A stretch of DNA of 64,000 nucleotides, taken from NCBI GenBank assembly GCA_043228905.1, contig JBHGNT010000021.1:9734001-9798000 (forward strand), written 5' to 3'. Position 1 is the first letter of the stretch. The number at the start of each line of letters is the position of its first letter. This document shows positions 1 to 12,400 of the stretch, in pieces. Made by a program: the position numbers and the translations under genes. Source of the DNA: Azolla caroliniana. Its lineage: Eukaryota; Plantae; Polypodiophyta. The notes beneath the pieces are model-generated. The model did not search any database. It was not told the DNA's origin and saw nothing but the letters and a program-made list of their open reading frames with translations.

Positions 1-129
1 AAATAGGAAAATATTTCGTCACCACCCTTTCTAAAATTTAAAGTCACATTTAAAATGACATCTCTTATTATATTACTTCCTTCCTGTCCTTCACTCTCTC
101 ACTTAAGAATCGACAACTGTTCAGAAATC

Positions 130-330
130 TCAAACCCAAACCAATTTAAACCGAACTTTTAAGAAAAAGGTGAAACTTAAACCAAACTGAATTGAACTGA
201 ACCATGAAACTGTCTAAATCAAAACCATTCAAACCAAACCATTTACAAAAAATTCAAACATAAACCAAACAATTCTAGACGTTTTTGAACTGTCAAAACT
301 GTTAAACCGCGATTTAGTGGTTCGGTATTG
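130..330. repeat. Cluster of AAACC(G/A)AA motifs, resembling the subterminal region of a non-autonomous DNA transposon
   Basis: About ten degenerate aaaccg/aaacca/aaactg units. No partner TIR was identified in the window. Confidence 0.35.
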
Positions 331-589
331 ATTTTCGTATGAAACACATAATCAATGTTTTTCCTCAAGACATTATGAATCATGATGACATATAACAATA
401 AATAAAAGATTCTATATCAAAGAATGGTACAAAAGTTAATTGGAGGCCTAAAATAAACTTCACCAACATTTACACAAAAATTACAAAATGTTGTTAAGAG
501 CAAAAAGGTATCTCATGGATGAAATATCTTACCATAATAGGAGCCAGAATAATACAACTTACACTAATGTACATATGAATTTTTCCTTT

Positions 590-1665
590 TTATAATGTCG
601 ATTATAAGACGTTCTCACGATCACTCTTTGTCGATATTTGAACTAGCTCTTTGAAGGCCCCGACTTTAGTGAAGTCTTCTGTGTTAGAGTTTGTAAAAGT
701 GACCAAATCAATCAACATAAATGATGACCATAATGAATCTCAATACAACATTTAGAAGAAAATAATATCCTTTTCCTTCATTTAGATAATAAAACTTACT
801 AACATTGACATGATAGTATAAATTAAAATAAGTAGAATTGTTGTTTAAAAACACAAAATTTACCATTTAGGGCCAAGTGACAAATGTAAATTCAATATTT
901 CTTCTAATAGCAGGCAACTCATTGCTTGCATTGTAAACAATGCATGGCAGGACTCCATCTTCAATAAGCGATGACCTAAGCTTGTCTTTGAACCATAAAT
1001 GTGGTTTTAATTTGATATTCCTCCAGTTTTTTTAGAGTTTGATCAAAACTTCTTTGTCCATTCATTATGAATAATATATAACAAATTTTGATTGATATAT
1101 AAAATAGAGACATCAAATTAATTAATTTCTCCTCACCTCGCAACTGAGTTGCTACCTATGTATTCAAATGAACATGATTCATCCCCTTTCATGGTGAACT
1201 TAATAACAGATGAATCAGCAAGCCTTGAGAGCTAGAAAAAACAAAATGGGTCTCACCTTGTACAGCTTGATGTGATTCACATTTAGCAAAGTTTGCAATT
1301 CCACGAGCAACCTGATCTATTTGAGTTTCCTAACCTTGCCATCCCCAAGAGTGTTTTAATAGTACCTTCATGTCTCAATTGCAATTGCAATTCAACTACA
1401 TGATAATGTCACTCTTTTTTATTGCAATTCAACCCCATGATAATATCAAAGAGTGTTAGTTCTCAAATGGAATTCCAAACATTGAAAGGTTACTTTTTTT
1501 AAGACATAACTTTACCATTCCCACAAAGATTTGCTAGACTTGCTCCAGCCACCACACACAATTTTTTTGTGGGTCTACTACATCCGCAATTGTATTAGCT
1601 AATAATTTCATTGCTCCATTCTTAGCAATTATAATCAGATTACGCTCTTCACAAAGGGGAAAATA
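590..1665 (-). pseudogene. ARK: Armadillo-repeat kinesin (kinesin-ARK) C-terminal ARM-repeat exons, degenerate
   Basis: Manual minus-strand translation gives four exon-like blocks in ARK order: ERNLIIIAKNGAMKLLANTIADVVDPQ..VVAGASLANLCGN (~1515-1660), KLQLQLRHEGTIKTLLGMARLG..QVARGIANFAKCES (~1257-1395), RSSLIEDGVLPCIVYNASNELPAIRRNIE (~863-990) and GAFKELVQISTKSDRENV (~600-700). GT donors are visible; frameshifts and stops are present. Confidence 0.85.
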
Positions 1666-2309
1666 TTGAGCAGTCATATTTGTTTTTCCTTCTGAGAAAG
1701 AAGTATTGATTGTAAAGGAATTGGCCTTCCTAAAGCTGCACATTGATAGCCTCAATCAACATCTGAAATTCACTTGTCTAAAACCTCAATTAAGTTAAAT
1801 TGTCAAATGATTTAAACAAATAACTAAATACGAAGCATATAAATTCATTAAAATTCATAAAAAAATGAAGACTTTATAGAAAATACCAAAAAGTCATGTG
1901 ATATTTTATAAATATGAATGACAAGAGTATGAAACTATAATGTTCGAAATTAAAAAGAAATATATGGATAATTAAGCACATGTTCTTGTTTGACTCAACA
2001 TATAATCCACTACATCATTCTCCATAGCAATATCTTCCACATCTATATCTAACTTATTATACGCTTCACTAAAGTCTTTAGGTAGTGAAACATTTGCCTC
2101 ATAAGGACATCCAACCATGACCTAATTTACATTTCAGCCTTGAAAGTGCATGAGTGTAGACGAATTCTATCTTGAAAGTTATATTTTTCTTTAGAATTAG
2201 CCTCCTCTAAAGGCATTGATGATGTTGGTATTGCAAAATAGTCATAAGCCATCTTGTACATTCAAGGTAAAGCAAACTTGGTTTAAATGTAAACAAACAT
2301 TTTTTGACT

Positions 2310-3370
2310 CAATTTTGGCAATATTCGGCGGAATTCCTGTGATAATCGGAGATAGCGAGATGGTGGATGTGCACATGAGGAAGCTGGTTTTCTATTTGTG
2401 TGATTAGGATGAGTGATGTTGGTGTGGGGGTTGAAGTAGATTATTATGAGAAGGTGAGGATTTTTTTCCACTCATTTTTTTGGCTGTCAGTATAGGATTT
2501 TCACGGTAATCGGGGAGATGGCAAGAAGGTCATCGAGATGCTTCAGATGTGGGCTGATTTAAGAAGATGTTATGGTTCTCATAGGTTGAGGGATGATGGC
2601 AATGGGGTTTGTTGCATATTTTTCATGACAAGAGGATGAGTGGTGATGGTGTGAGGGTTGTAGCAGATCATGAGGGGATGAGGAAACATTTTTCACTTAT
2701 TTTTGTTATTTGCACAAGACCTTGGTGGATTTTAGCGATAATAGGCGATAATCCTGAGATAATCGGAGATAGGGAGATGGTGGATGTGGACATGAGGAAG
2801 CTAGTTTTTTGGTTTTGTGATCATGATGAGTGATGTTGGTGTGGGGGCTGAAGCAGATTATTATGAGAAGGCGAGAATTTTTTTTCACTCATTTTTGGTT
2901 GTTAGTTCAAGATCGCGGTAATCAGTGAGATGGCAAGAGGGTCAACAACATACTTCAAATGTGGGCTGAGTTAAGAAGATGTTATGGTTCTCGTAGGTTG
3001 TGGGATGATGGCGATGGGGTTTGAAGCATATTTGTCATGATGAGAGGATGAGTGGTGATGGTGTAAGGGCTGAAGCAGATCATGAGGGGATGAGGAAACA
3101 TTTTTCACTTATTTTGTTGTTATTTGCACAGGACCTTGGTGGCAGATGACGAGATGGTTTTTGTGGACTGAATGAAGCAATTTTTCTGTTTTTAGGAGCG
3201 AAGCATATCATGAGGGCATGAGAAACACACTAGACTCATTTTGTTGCGAATTGTACATGACCTTGGTGGTAAGCGGCAAGATGGTTGATGTGGACCGAAT
3301 GAAGCATAATTTTGTTTTCTATTAAGGTTGAGTGAAGATGGTGTGGGGATCGAAGAAGATGGTTTGAGGT
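2310..3370. repeat. Tandem repeat, unit ~417 bp, two full copies plus a degenerate partial copy
   Basis: GATAATCGGAGATAG occurs at 2341 and 2758. Paralogous short ORFs lie at 2283-2471 and 2706-2888. Confidence 0.8.
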
Positions 3371-4205
3371 GAGGAGGACATAGATCATCTTGTTTTATAG
3401 GGAGATTAAGTACAAGTACATTTTCAATGTCCATGGAGATGAAGGACATGGTCGTTTCGATATGGGAGATGATAGATGGGGGCTATCCAAGGTTGCCCAT
3501 CACATTTCAACTGTAGTAGCTGAAGAAGATCTTGATGTACAAAACACTTGCCAAATAGCAACACATAGTGGATCGCCAAGTGATGGTGAACAACTTCAGT
3601 ATATGCGTAACCAAATGCAAACATGGAGTTTCATTGGATAAAATCCTTTCAAACTATTATTCGACCACCCATCAAATGTAATTGCAAAATGTGAATCGAG
3701 TGTAGACAAAAAACTTATAACTTGACAAATGACAACATACATTTGACATATTGATCATTTTAAAGTACGTGTTGACTTAAGGCCATACCTTGGTAAGACA
3801 TCATGCATGCATTGTTTAAAACCTAAGGACTCCACATGCACATGAGACAACATTTCTGTGATTATATATTTTGCTACAGGGCTATCAATTTTCTTCTCCA
3901 ATGTACGAGATATTAGTCTTTGGAGTGCAAAAGCTCTAAGGAAAAGTTGTTACTATATCTAACATTGAGGGGAACTAAAAGCTTTAAATTTGCAATAGTC
4001 CAATTTTGCTTCTCTTAAGCATGCATGTAGCATGGAGGAACATCAAAACCTTTACCTTTGAACCAAGAGAAAAGGCCAAACTCGTAGAAGATTGAACAAA
4101 TCAAAGCCCGTGTTGATGTTTCTAGTAACAAACAACCTTCAAGCCATGGGAATGAATAGATCTACAAATCAATAGACCAATAAATCAACTATGTGTTTTG
4201 GACAT

Positions 4206-4744
4206 TGTCGTGAAGATTTTCATCCATAGGTGGAAACCAGGGTGGGAAGGGCAAGTCGGTGGTGTGCTACATGTGCACATGTAAACTAGGATATGGTGTA
4301 TAGAAAGAGAGGGGAAATTTTATCCCATATTGTAAGGTCCCTCCCTCCTTGGGCTATAAAAGGAAGGGAGGGGTCACTTATGAGGGGGTTGCCTATTTTG
4401 AGGGAGAGAGGCATAGCACTTAGGTCGAGGGTTTCCTATTCGGTTTTAGGGTTTCGGTTAGGGTTTTCTTCTTGGGTTTTCCTTTAGGGTTTTCTTATAG
4501 TCGTTTGGTGCGGCCATGGCGGCCACCATTGTAAAGCGTTTATGTTTTCTTAATAGAACTTCTTGTTGAGTATCTTGACTCCATCTTCTTCATCTTCTTC
4601 TATCATAATGTCATATTCGTTCTCTTCTCCTCTTGAGCTATGAGCTAATCTTCCATTCGTTGTCTTAACCTTTCTCCTCTTCTCCCTAGTCCAAGACCCC
4701 CGTGATCCCGCCCCTTCCACACGCACGCGCGTAACAACGCGACA
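4206..4744 (+). repeat. 5' LTR
   Basis: Direct repeat of 8436-8974; TATAAAA at ~4355. Confidence 0.95.
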
Positions 4745-4749
4745 TCTTT

Positions 4750-4767
4750 TGGTGAACCTGACGTGAA
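4750..4767 (+). promoter_or_regulatory. Primer binding site, tRNA-Trp
   Basis: TGGTGAACCTGACGTGAA matches 17/18 of the complement of the plant tRNA-Trp 3' end (TTCACGTCGGGTTCACCA, from memory). Confidence 0.85.
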
Positions 4768-4782
4768 GGGCGGCAAGGGAGC

Positions 4783-6333
4783 ATGGAGATTGAAGAAGAC
4801 TTCGACTTCGAGGAGATGATGGCAAAGATCATGATGGATGGGCGACGGAAAAAGGCAAGGCGAGATGCGGCTCCACAAGCCGTCGAGAGGGTGGTCAATC
4901 GAGTCGGCCGATTCAACGGGGACGATGTCCCGAGGTTCTTGGAAGTGTATGATGCCGAGATGGCGAAAGGGGGCGTAGACGAGGCGATGTGGCTAGAGTA
5001 TTTTCCTCGAGTGGCGGCCGTATCGGTGCACAAGGAGGTCAAGGAGCTACGAGAAGCTCATGAGTCGTGGGTGTCCTTTGAGGGAGCCCTATTGGAGGCG
5101 TACGGGTACACGGAACCGGAAGGAAGAGGTCGACATGAGTTCGATTGGTGGGTGTGCCAGCAACATGATGCGAGGCGGTCGGCCACAACACGGCCCGCGA
5201 GCGGTGGAGAAGAGGGAGCGGTGAGTGAGTACACACTACCGCCGGAAGAGAGCTCAACGCAAAACGGTTCGGAGGAGCTCGACCTAGAGGTGCTAATACG
5301 AGAGGCATGCGAGCTTGTGAAGGCGAAAATCGGAGCCGAACAAGGGCTTGTTATGGTGACGGGCCGGAGGCGATCGGAGGATGCGGAGGAAGAAGCCTCC
5401 CTAGACGTAGAAGACGGGGCGGCCTATACGGAGGCCGGGAGAGCGTACGACGGCGACATAGGAGAGGGAACGGAGCAAGCGACCCTCTTGCCTTGCAGTG
5501 AAGGGACAGCCATGGAGGCTGGTAACTACGGATTCGGGACATGGCGGCCCGAAACATTGAGTGAGGAGTGGACAAGCGGCGGTGCCGCGACCTTACACAC
5601 ACCGGTCCTAGAGACTCCGACATCTGGCCCGAGAGCCAGCGTGAGACCTAGAGTGACGGACGGTGGTGGCGGCAAGGCGGGCAACCGAGACGACGGCATG
5701 GGAGAGATGGTGGCAAGCATAATCGAGGCTTGCAGAATCGGAGATGGGGTAGCCGCGGACAACGACGACCGGACGGAAGCGGCTGCTGACATAATGAGTG
5801 GCGGTGCCGCGACCTTACACACACCGGCCCTAGAGGTTCCGGCGGTCGGCCCGAGTGCCGGCATGAAACCTAGAGCGACGGGCAGTGGTGGTGGCAAGGC
5901 AGGCTACCACGGCGACGAAGAGAACAAGGAAGAGATAGCCACGGACCACGGCGTCCGAACGAAGGTGGCTACGAACATGGCATCGGCGAGTAACGGTACC
6001 GAGACTTTTCCCACACCTATTCTAGAGACTTCGGCAGTCGGCCCCGAGAGCCCACGTGAGACCGGAGAGACGGAAGGTGGCGGCGGCAAAGCGGACGATC
6101 GAAACGACGACAAGGAAGGTCATAGCGGACGGAGGCAAGACCTCTCGACACCGAGACCGGAGACTACGGCGGTTGCGCTCGAATGCCAACATAAGACCGG
6201 AGAGAAGGGCGGTGGCCGTGAGGAGGCGTGGCCCGGAGCGAACACGTACGAAGATGAGGATGCGAGAGGACCGATGGAGAGGTCGGGAGCGGCAAAGAGG
6301 AGAGAGTCGGGAACCGACCCGACTGGAAGATGA
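4783..6333 (+). CDS. Gag-like protein (N-terminal capsid-like region) with a long low-complexity, repetitive tail
   Basis: 516-aa ORF starting just after the PBS. Contains RFNGDDVPRFLEVYDAEM...WVSFEGALLEAYG and a repeated motif PxLETxAVG...TxGGGGK. Confidence 0.7.
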   Translation: MEIEEDFDFEEMMAKIMMDGRRKKARRDAAPQAVERVVNRVGRFNGDDVPRFLEVYDAEMAKGGVDEAMWLEYFPRVAAVSVHKEVKELREAHESWVSFEGALLEAYGYTEPEGRGRHEFDWWVCQQHDARRSATTRPASGGEEGAVSEYTLPPEESSTQNGSEELDLEVLIREACELVKAKIGAEQGLVMVTGRRRSEDAEEEASLDVEDGAAYTEAGRAYDGDIGEGTEQATLLPCSEGTAMEAGNYGFGTWRPETLSEEWTSGGAATLHTPVLETPTSGPRASVRPRVTDGGGGKAGNRDDGMGEMVASIIEACRIGDGVAADNDDRTEAAADIMSGGAATLHTPALEVPAVGPSAGMKPRATGSGGGKAGYHGDEENKEEIATDHGVRTKVATNMASASNGTETFPTPILETSAVGPESPRETGETEGGGGKADDRNDDKEGHSGRRQDLSTPRPETTAVALECQHKTGEKGGGREEAWPGANTYEDEDARGPMERSGAAKRRESGTDPTGR

Positions 6334-8435
6334 ACCGGTCGATAATCCGACACGACCGGAAGACGACGGGGAAGAAGGTTGGAGCGGGGTCCGGTCAACC
6401 GGGCCCGAACCGAAGACGAGCCGGCAAGGCCGGATTTGTTTGGACAAACATGTACCGGCCGGTTACGATTACGAAAGGGAGCCGACCAAACCGGAGCTCG
6501 ATCGGCCGAGACCGATCCGGGTGAAGGCTAAGTCGGCATGATTGGAGGTCGAGGCGAACGGGCCACAACACCCGGTGGGAGCCGGTGAGCACGAGAAGGA
6601 GGCCGAGCATGCACAAGGAGTACGACTCGGTGGGAGGCCAAGAGCGAGAGGAACCCTCCTCACCTATTCTTGAGACTTTGGCGGTTGCGGATCGACGTAA
6701 GACCAAAGAGACGGCGGAAGGCGGCAAGGAGTCGGAGGCCGGAACGGACGAGGCTACCGGAACGGGTACCCGGTGCGTGAAGGCGGACGAGCATGGCCAA
6801 GACGGCAAGTCGGAATCGAAAGGGGCTACGGCAATGAAATATGAAGAGGCCGACGCGGAGGTCGGGACTACAACGAGGGAAGCGTGTAACACGAAGCATG
6901 CATTATGGCGTAGAACGGAGCGTGCACTACGGCCGGCGAAGGGCCAAGAAGCAAGCATGCACCCGGAAGAGCCGCAACGAGTGACCGACGATGACGGTCG
7001 GAGGAAGCCTTCGAGAGGCAAGCGTGGGACAATGGGCAGTGCGACGAGACGCCAAGATCGACAGAACGAGACGGGTGTGATCGGCGTGAACGATGGATTG
7101 TGTCTGGGAAAACGGAGGGGATGCGCGGAGAACAACGGGGTACACACCGGGAAGAGAAAACATGGCGGCTTCCCAGAGGGCATACAAGGCCAAGCGGGCC
7201 AAGAGGGCACAAGTCGAGGCGAGGACATAACGAGAGCCTCGAGGGACAACGACACGGAGGACGGGATGACGGTACGCTCTACGGCGAGAGAGCACGACGG
7301 GCAAAGGAGAGGCAAGGAATGCGGAATGGGGCCGCCTAAGGGCCAAAGAATGAGCGCATATTCGGGGGACAACATCAACGCATGGGAAGAGCCTATGGAA
7401 GGCGCGCGCGGAGCGGGAAGAGTCGACACACCGAGGTGTTCGACATGCAGAGACGATGAAACCAAAGGAGCGGCACGAAAAGGGCGGAAACCGGAGTGCT
7501 ACTGGAGAGATCCGGAGCGCATCCGGAGGACATGTGAGGCAGACCAAGAGGGTGTACCTCGGGGCGAAGCAGCAACATCGGAGGTTGTGGAGGTCACCGA
7601 AGACGAGAGCACCGACACGGATGTCGGGGAAGCAACGTACCTTTTCGAAAGGGCACGCAGAGTGGAGCGGAGTGCGAGACGTGCGATGTGGCCACGTAAG
7701 GGCCGAACGACAAGCACGAGGATGATCGGCGAGCATGGAAGGCTATGTCTTGAGAACCGGAGGAGGTGCGTGGAGAGCAACGGGCCCCGGAAGGCATGCG
7801 AGGCCAAGCGGGCGAAGAGGACGAGTGACGGGATGAAGCGGTGACAGGAGTCGCGAAGGACACTGACATGGTGGTCGGGATGACGGTACGCTCTACGACG
7901 AGAGAGCACGGCGCGCAACAGAGAAGCGAGGAGCGTGTAATGAGGTCGTCGAGGGACCGAAGAACGAGCGCATGTTCGGGAGACAACAAGGGCCCACGGA
8001 AAGAGCCTACGGAAGGTGAGCGCGAAACGGAGGGAATCGGCACGAGGTGTTCGAGACGAAGGGAGGATCGAGCCAGAGATAGAACACAAGCGGTATGCGA
8101 GGGGCAGAATCTGGCGAGCAAACTGGGTGACCAAGGGCCTAATCGGAGGACCTATGTGGCGGACAAAGAAACAGTGACCGGATCGGCAATGGTGTTCGGG
8201 AGGACCGACCGGGGAGGAAGGCGCGTGTGGTGGATGTGGCGGTTCGGGGACACACGGTGGACGTGGTGGATCGGATGGAGCTGACGGGTCGGGGACGGTA
8301 AGGAGCCGGCAAGGGACCGACAAGACGGTTGGGTGCCGGTAAGGCGAAAGACCCGGTTGATCACCGTCGCCGAAATCTCTCACCCTTTTCCTTTCTAGGC
8401 ACATACCAGTGGATGTGCGGTTTGGTGGGGGTGGA

Positions 8436-8974
8436 TGTCGTGAAGATTTTCGTCCATAGGCGGAAACTGGGGTGGGAAGGGCAAGTCGGTGGTGTGCTAC
8501 ATGTGCACATGTAAACTAGGATATGGTGTATAGAAAGAGAGGGGAAATTTTATCCCACATTGTAAGGTCCCTCCCTCCTTGGGCTATAAAAGGAAGGGAG
8601 GGGTCACTTATGAGGGGGTTGCCTATTTTGAGGGAGAGAGGCATAGCACTTAGGTCGAGGGTTTCCTATTCGGTTTTAGGGTTTCGGTTAGGGTTTTCTT
8701 CTTGGGTTTTGCTTTAGGGTTTTCTTATAGTCGTTTGGTGCGGCCATGGCAGCCACCATTGTAAAGCGTTTATGTTTTCTTAATAGAACTTCTTGTTGAG
8801 TATCTTGACTCCATCTTCTTCATCTTCTTCTATCATAACGTCATATTCGTTCTCTTCTCGTCTTGAGCTATGAGCTAATCTTCCATTCGTTGTCTTAACC
8901 TTTCTCCTCTTCTCCCTAGTCCAAGACCCCCGTGGTCCCGCCCCTTCCACACGCATGCGCGTAACAACACGACA
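8436..8974 (+). repeat. 3' LTR
   Basis: Direct repeat of 4206-4744; terminal inverted repeats TGTCGTG/CACGACA. Confidence 0.95.
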
Positions 8975-9498
8975 ACGTGGCATGCAAGACTTAATTCTTT
9001 GGTTCCAATGGGAAGCCACATATCTTGTTTATGGCAATGTACACTTCGTACTTGATTACCTAGAGGAGAACAAGAAGAGTATTGTACCATTCGAAGTAAC
9101 CGTGAGTGTAGTCATGGGAGTTCAATGAATTTGTTAAAACTTAGAACATGAACAAGGCACTCAAACATTATTTAAGAGAAAAAGAGAGCCAAACCTCACA
9201 AAGTAGTTGTTCAAGCCTAAATCCTAGTCTTGCAATGGTAAATTACCTCAGAAAAGGTGAATCCCACTTAGCAAATCATCTAAATTTTCAACTGAAAATA
9301 CACAAAATCCAAAATTGTGATTTCAAAGAAAAGAACAAATGGTTCATTATAAGATTTGCAAGGCCGAGGATGAAATGGAGCCCATGTGTATTATGTTTGT
9401 TTTCATCAAGGACATGGATTCAAGTGATCCTATTGAAGAATGATTTGAATAGCATTTGTATTATGTACCAATCTATTGATTACTCTATTCTACCTACA

Positions 9499-12400
9499 TG
9501 TAAGGAATAGACCCTTCTATTCACCTTCACCGCTCGGCCACAACCGAGTAAGCGCGAATAAATGGAGCAGAAAATAGGAACCACAAAGAGAAACAAAACG
9601 CGAGTACACAGGGATTAACGTGGAAAACCCTAGACGGGAAAAACCACGGGAGTACAAGACTCCAAACCAACACTATACAAAGAAGTATACAATGGCGAGC
9701 TGCAAGGCGACGACCTTGAGCTCACTGTCCTCGCCACAGACGGCGGAAATACACAGAGGCGTCTACCTCTTCCTCTCTCGCGCTCTATCTCTCTCTCTCT
9801 CTCTCTTTCTCACGGCTGCTTACACTTCACTCCTCTTGAGTGGAAAACCAGAAAAAATGAGAAGCAACAGTAAAACTGTTTGCCCTAAGTCATATTTATA
9901 CTTATATGACTTTGGGCTATTTACAACTATAGCCTCAGGGGCCCATAGCGAACATATTCACGGATATGTCCCTGCATCCGGATCGCTCTCCGGGTACATT
10001 CGGCATCCGGTACCGAAGCCGGGGTCTTCGTCATCCGGTACCGAAACCGGGGTCTTCGTCATCCGGATCCGAAACCGAAACCGGGCTTGTCGGCATTCAT
10101 CTCCGATATCCGACCATCCCATTCGAAAGGGACCGAAATCCCAACAAACTCCCCCTTCACTTCGGCATGGGATGTCTCTCCAATCCGATCCTCTTCCGGC
10201 ATGCTTCCAGCTTGTCGGGTGTGAGCACCTTGGTCAGCATATCCGACCCGTTCTCGTCCGTGTGGACCTTCGTCAGCACGAACTCCTTGTCTTCTATCCT
10301 TTCCCGGATCCAGTGATATCTTCGCTGGATGTGCTTCGTCCGGGAGTGATAGGCCGCGTTCTTCGCAAGGTGGATTGCACTCTGACTGTCGCAGTAGAGT
10401 CGGTACTCCTCCTGTTGGATACCGAGCTCTCTAATGAAGTCCTTCATCCATATTATTTCCTTGCCGGCTTCAACAGCCGCCATGTACTCCGCCTCCGTGG
10501 TTGACAACGCAACCGTCTTCTGCAGCCTCGACTGCCATGAAACAGCTCCCTCTGCATACGTCATCACATACCCTGATGTGGACCGGCTGGTATCTGCATC
10601 AGCCGACATATCCGAATCGGTGAAACCGTCGAGTTCGGGTTTACCGGAGCCGAATCGGAGGCACACATTCGCTGTGCCCTTCAGGTATCGGAGTATCCAC
10701 TTGACCGCGTTCCAATGCTCTTTGCTGGGATTGCTCATGTACCGGCTCACCACTCCGACTGCATATCCTATGTCCGGTCTCGTACACACCATGGCGTACA
10801 TCAAGCTCCCGACGGCTGAGACATACGGCACTTTCATCATATCCTCCTTTTCAGCCTTTGTCTTGGGACTTTGCTTGCTGGACAGCTTGCAGTTTGCCGG
10901 GAGGGTCGATCCGACCGGTCTTGCTTCCGACATGTTGAACCGGTGAAGCACCTTCGTCACGTACTTCTCCTGTGACAGCCACAACTGCTTCTTCTTTCGG
11001 TCCCGGATGATGTGCATCCCTAGTATTTGCCTCGCCGGACCCAGGTCCTTCATTGAGAAGGTTCGGTGAAGAGCCTTCTTCAGCATCCGTATCTTGACCT
11101 GGTCCCGTCCGACGATCAACATGTCGTCCACGTACAGGAGGAGTATTAGAAAGTCTCCTCCTTCGAACTTCTTCACAAACACGCAGTGGTCGGACTGCGT
11201 TTTGAGGTACCCTTCGTCGGTCATGAAGGAGTCGAACTTCCGGTACCATTGCCGGGGAGCCTGCTTCAGTCCGTAAAGGCTCTTCTTCAGCCGGCATACC
11301 AGGTGCTCCTTCCCTTTCTTCTCGAATCCTTCCGGTTGCTGCATGTAGATCTCTTCTTCGAGGTCACCGTGAAGGAATGCCGTCTTCACGTCCATCTGTT
11401 CTACCTCGAGGTCCATGCTTGCCGCTATGCTCAGCACCGTCCGGATGGAGGTCATCTTCACTACCGGGGCAAATATCTCGTCGAAGTCGACGCCCTTCTT
11501 CTGCTGAAACCCCTTCACCACGATCCTGGCTTTGTATCTCGGGGGGTTTCCGGCAGCTCCCGGTTTCAGCTTGAACACCCACTTGTTTCGAAGTGCCCGC
11601 TTTCCTTTCGGCAACTCCACAAGTTCATATGTGTGGTTCTCATGCAGGGAATCCATCTCGTCCTGCATGGCACTCAACCACCTGCGGCTCTGGGTGTCAT
11701 GCTTTGCTTCTTCGAAGCTCTCCGGCTCCCCCTCGTCGGTTAGCAGCACGTGCTCTGGTTCCGGAAATCTCCGGGGGGCCCTTCTCTCTCTTAGAGGATA
11801 TCTCCGTTCCGGAGCTTCGGTAACCGGTTCTTCCGATTCTTCTTCATCCGAATCCATTTCGGGATCGGGGCCGGTTCCGGTATCATTTTCGACTTCTTCG
11901 GCCGGTTCGGTTTCTTCACCGTCTTCGGCCGGATCCTCGAGTGCTAACCGGTCCCTTGCCGGTCGGGACTGCTCCTCGTAGAGTTTATCCTCACCGGTCG
12001 ACTTGGAGCTCTTCATCTTCTTCTCCGACTCCCAGTCGGCGAGTGTCTTGTCCGCCATGAAGATGATGTCTCGACTCCTGAATATCTTCTTGTCGACCGG
12101 GTCCCATACTCGGTAGCCGAACTCGTCGTCGCCGTAACCGAGGAATATGCATGGCCGGGTCTTTGGATCTAGCTTTCCTCTCCGGTCCTTTGCCACATGC
12201 ACGTATGCGAGACATCCGAACACCTTCAGATGCCGGTAGGATACTTCCCTACCGGTCCACACTCTCTGCGGCGTGTCTCCGCCCAAAGGTACTGAGGGTG
12301 ATCTGTTTATCACGTATGTCGCCGTCGACATCGCCTCAGCCCAAAAACCCTTGGGTAATTCCGCATGCGCCAGCATACTCCGGACCCTCTCCATTATGGT

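Larger units (their letters stand above)
4206..8974 (+). mobile_element. Non-autonomous Gag-only LTR retrotransposon (Ty3/Gypsy-like), tRNA-Trp primed
   Basis: 539-bp LTRs at 4206-4744 and 8436-8974 (TGTCGTG...CGACA, ~12 mismatches by eye). PBS at 4750-4767; G-rich PPT at ~8424-8435. Flanks ACAT/ACGT may be a 4-bp TSD with one mismatch. No RT, RNase H or integrase motifs were seen. Confidence 0.9.

Noticed and set aside
3390-3641. Short ORFs that might be further ARK exons
   Set aside because: No frame I translated resembles kinesin or ARM sequence.
4440-4495. Telomere-like TTTAGGG motifs
   Set aside because: Three scattered TTAGGGTTT telo-box-like motifs inside an LTR, not a telomeric array.
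6056-8404. Many long overlapping ORFs on both strands
   Set aside because: GC-rich, stop-poor, internally duplicated sequence with no domain motifs. At most a frameshifted continuation of the Gag tail.
9620-10504. 294-aa ORF (and its copy at 14382-14951)
   Set aside because: It runs through the LTR and antisense to RNase H, includes a (CT)n tract and has no recognisable domain.
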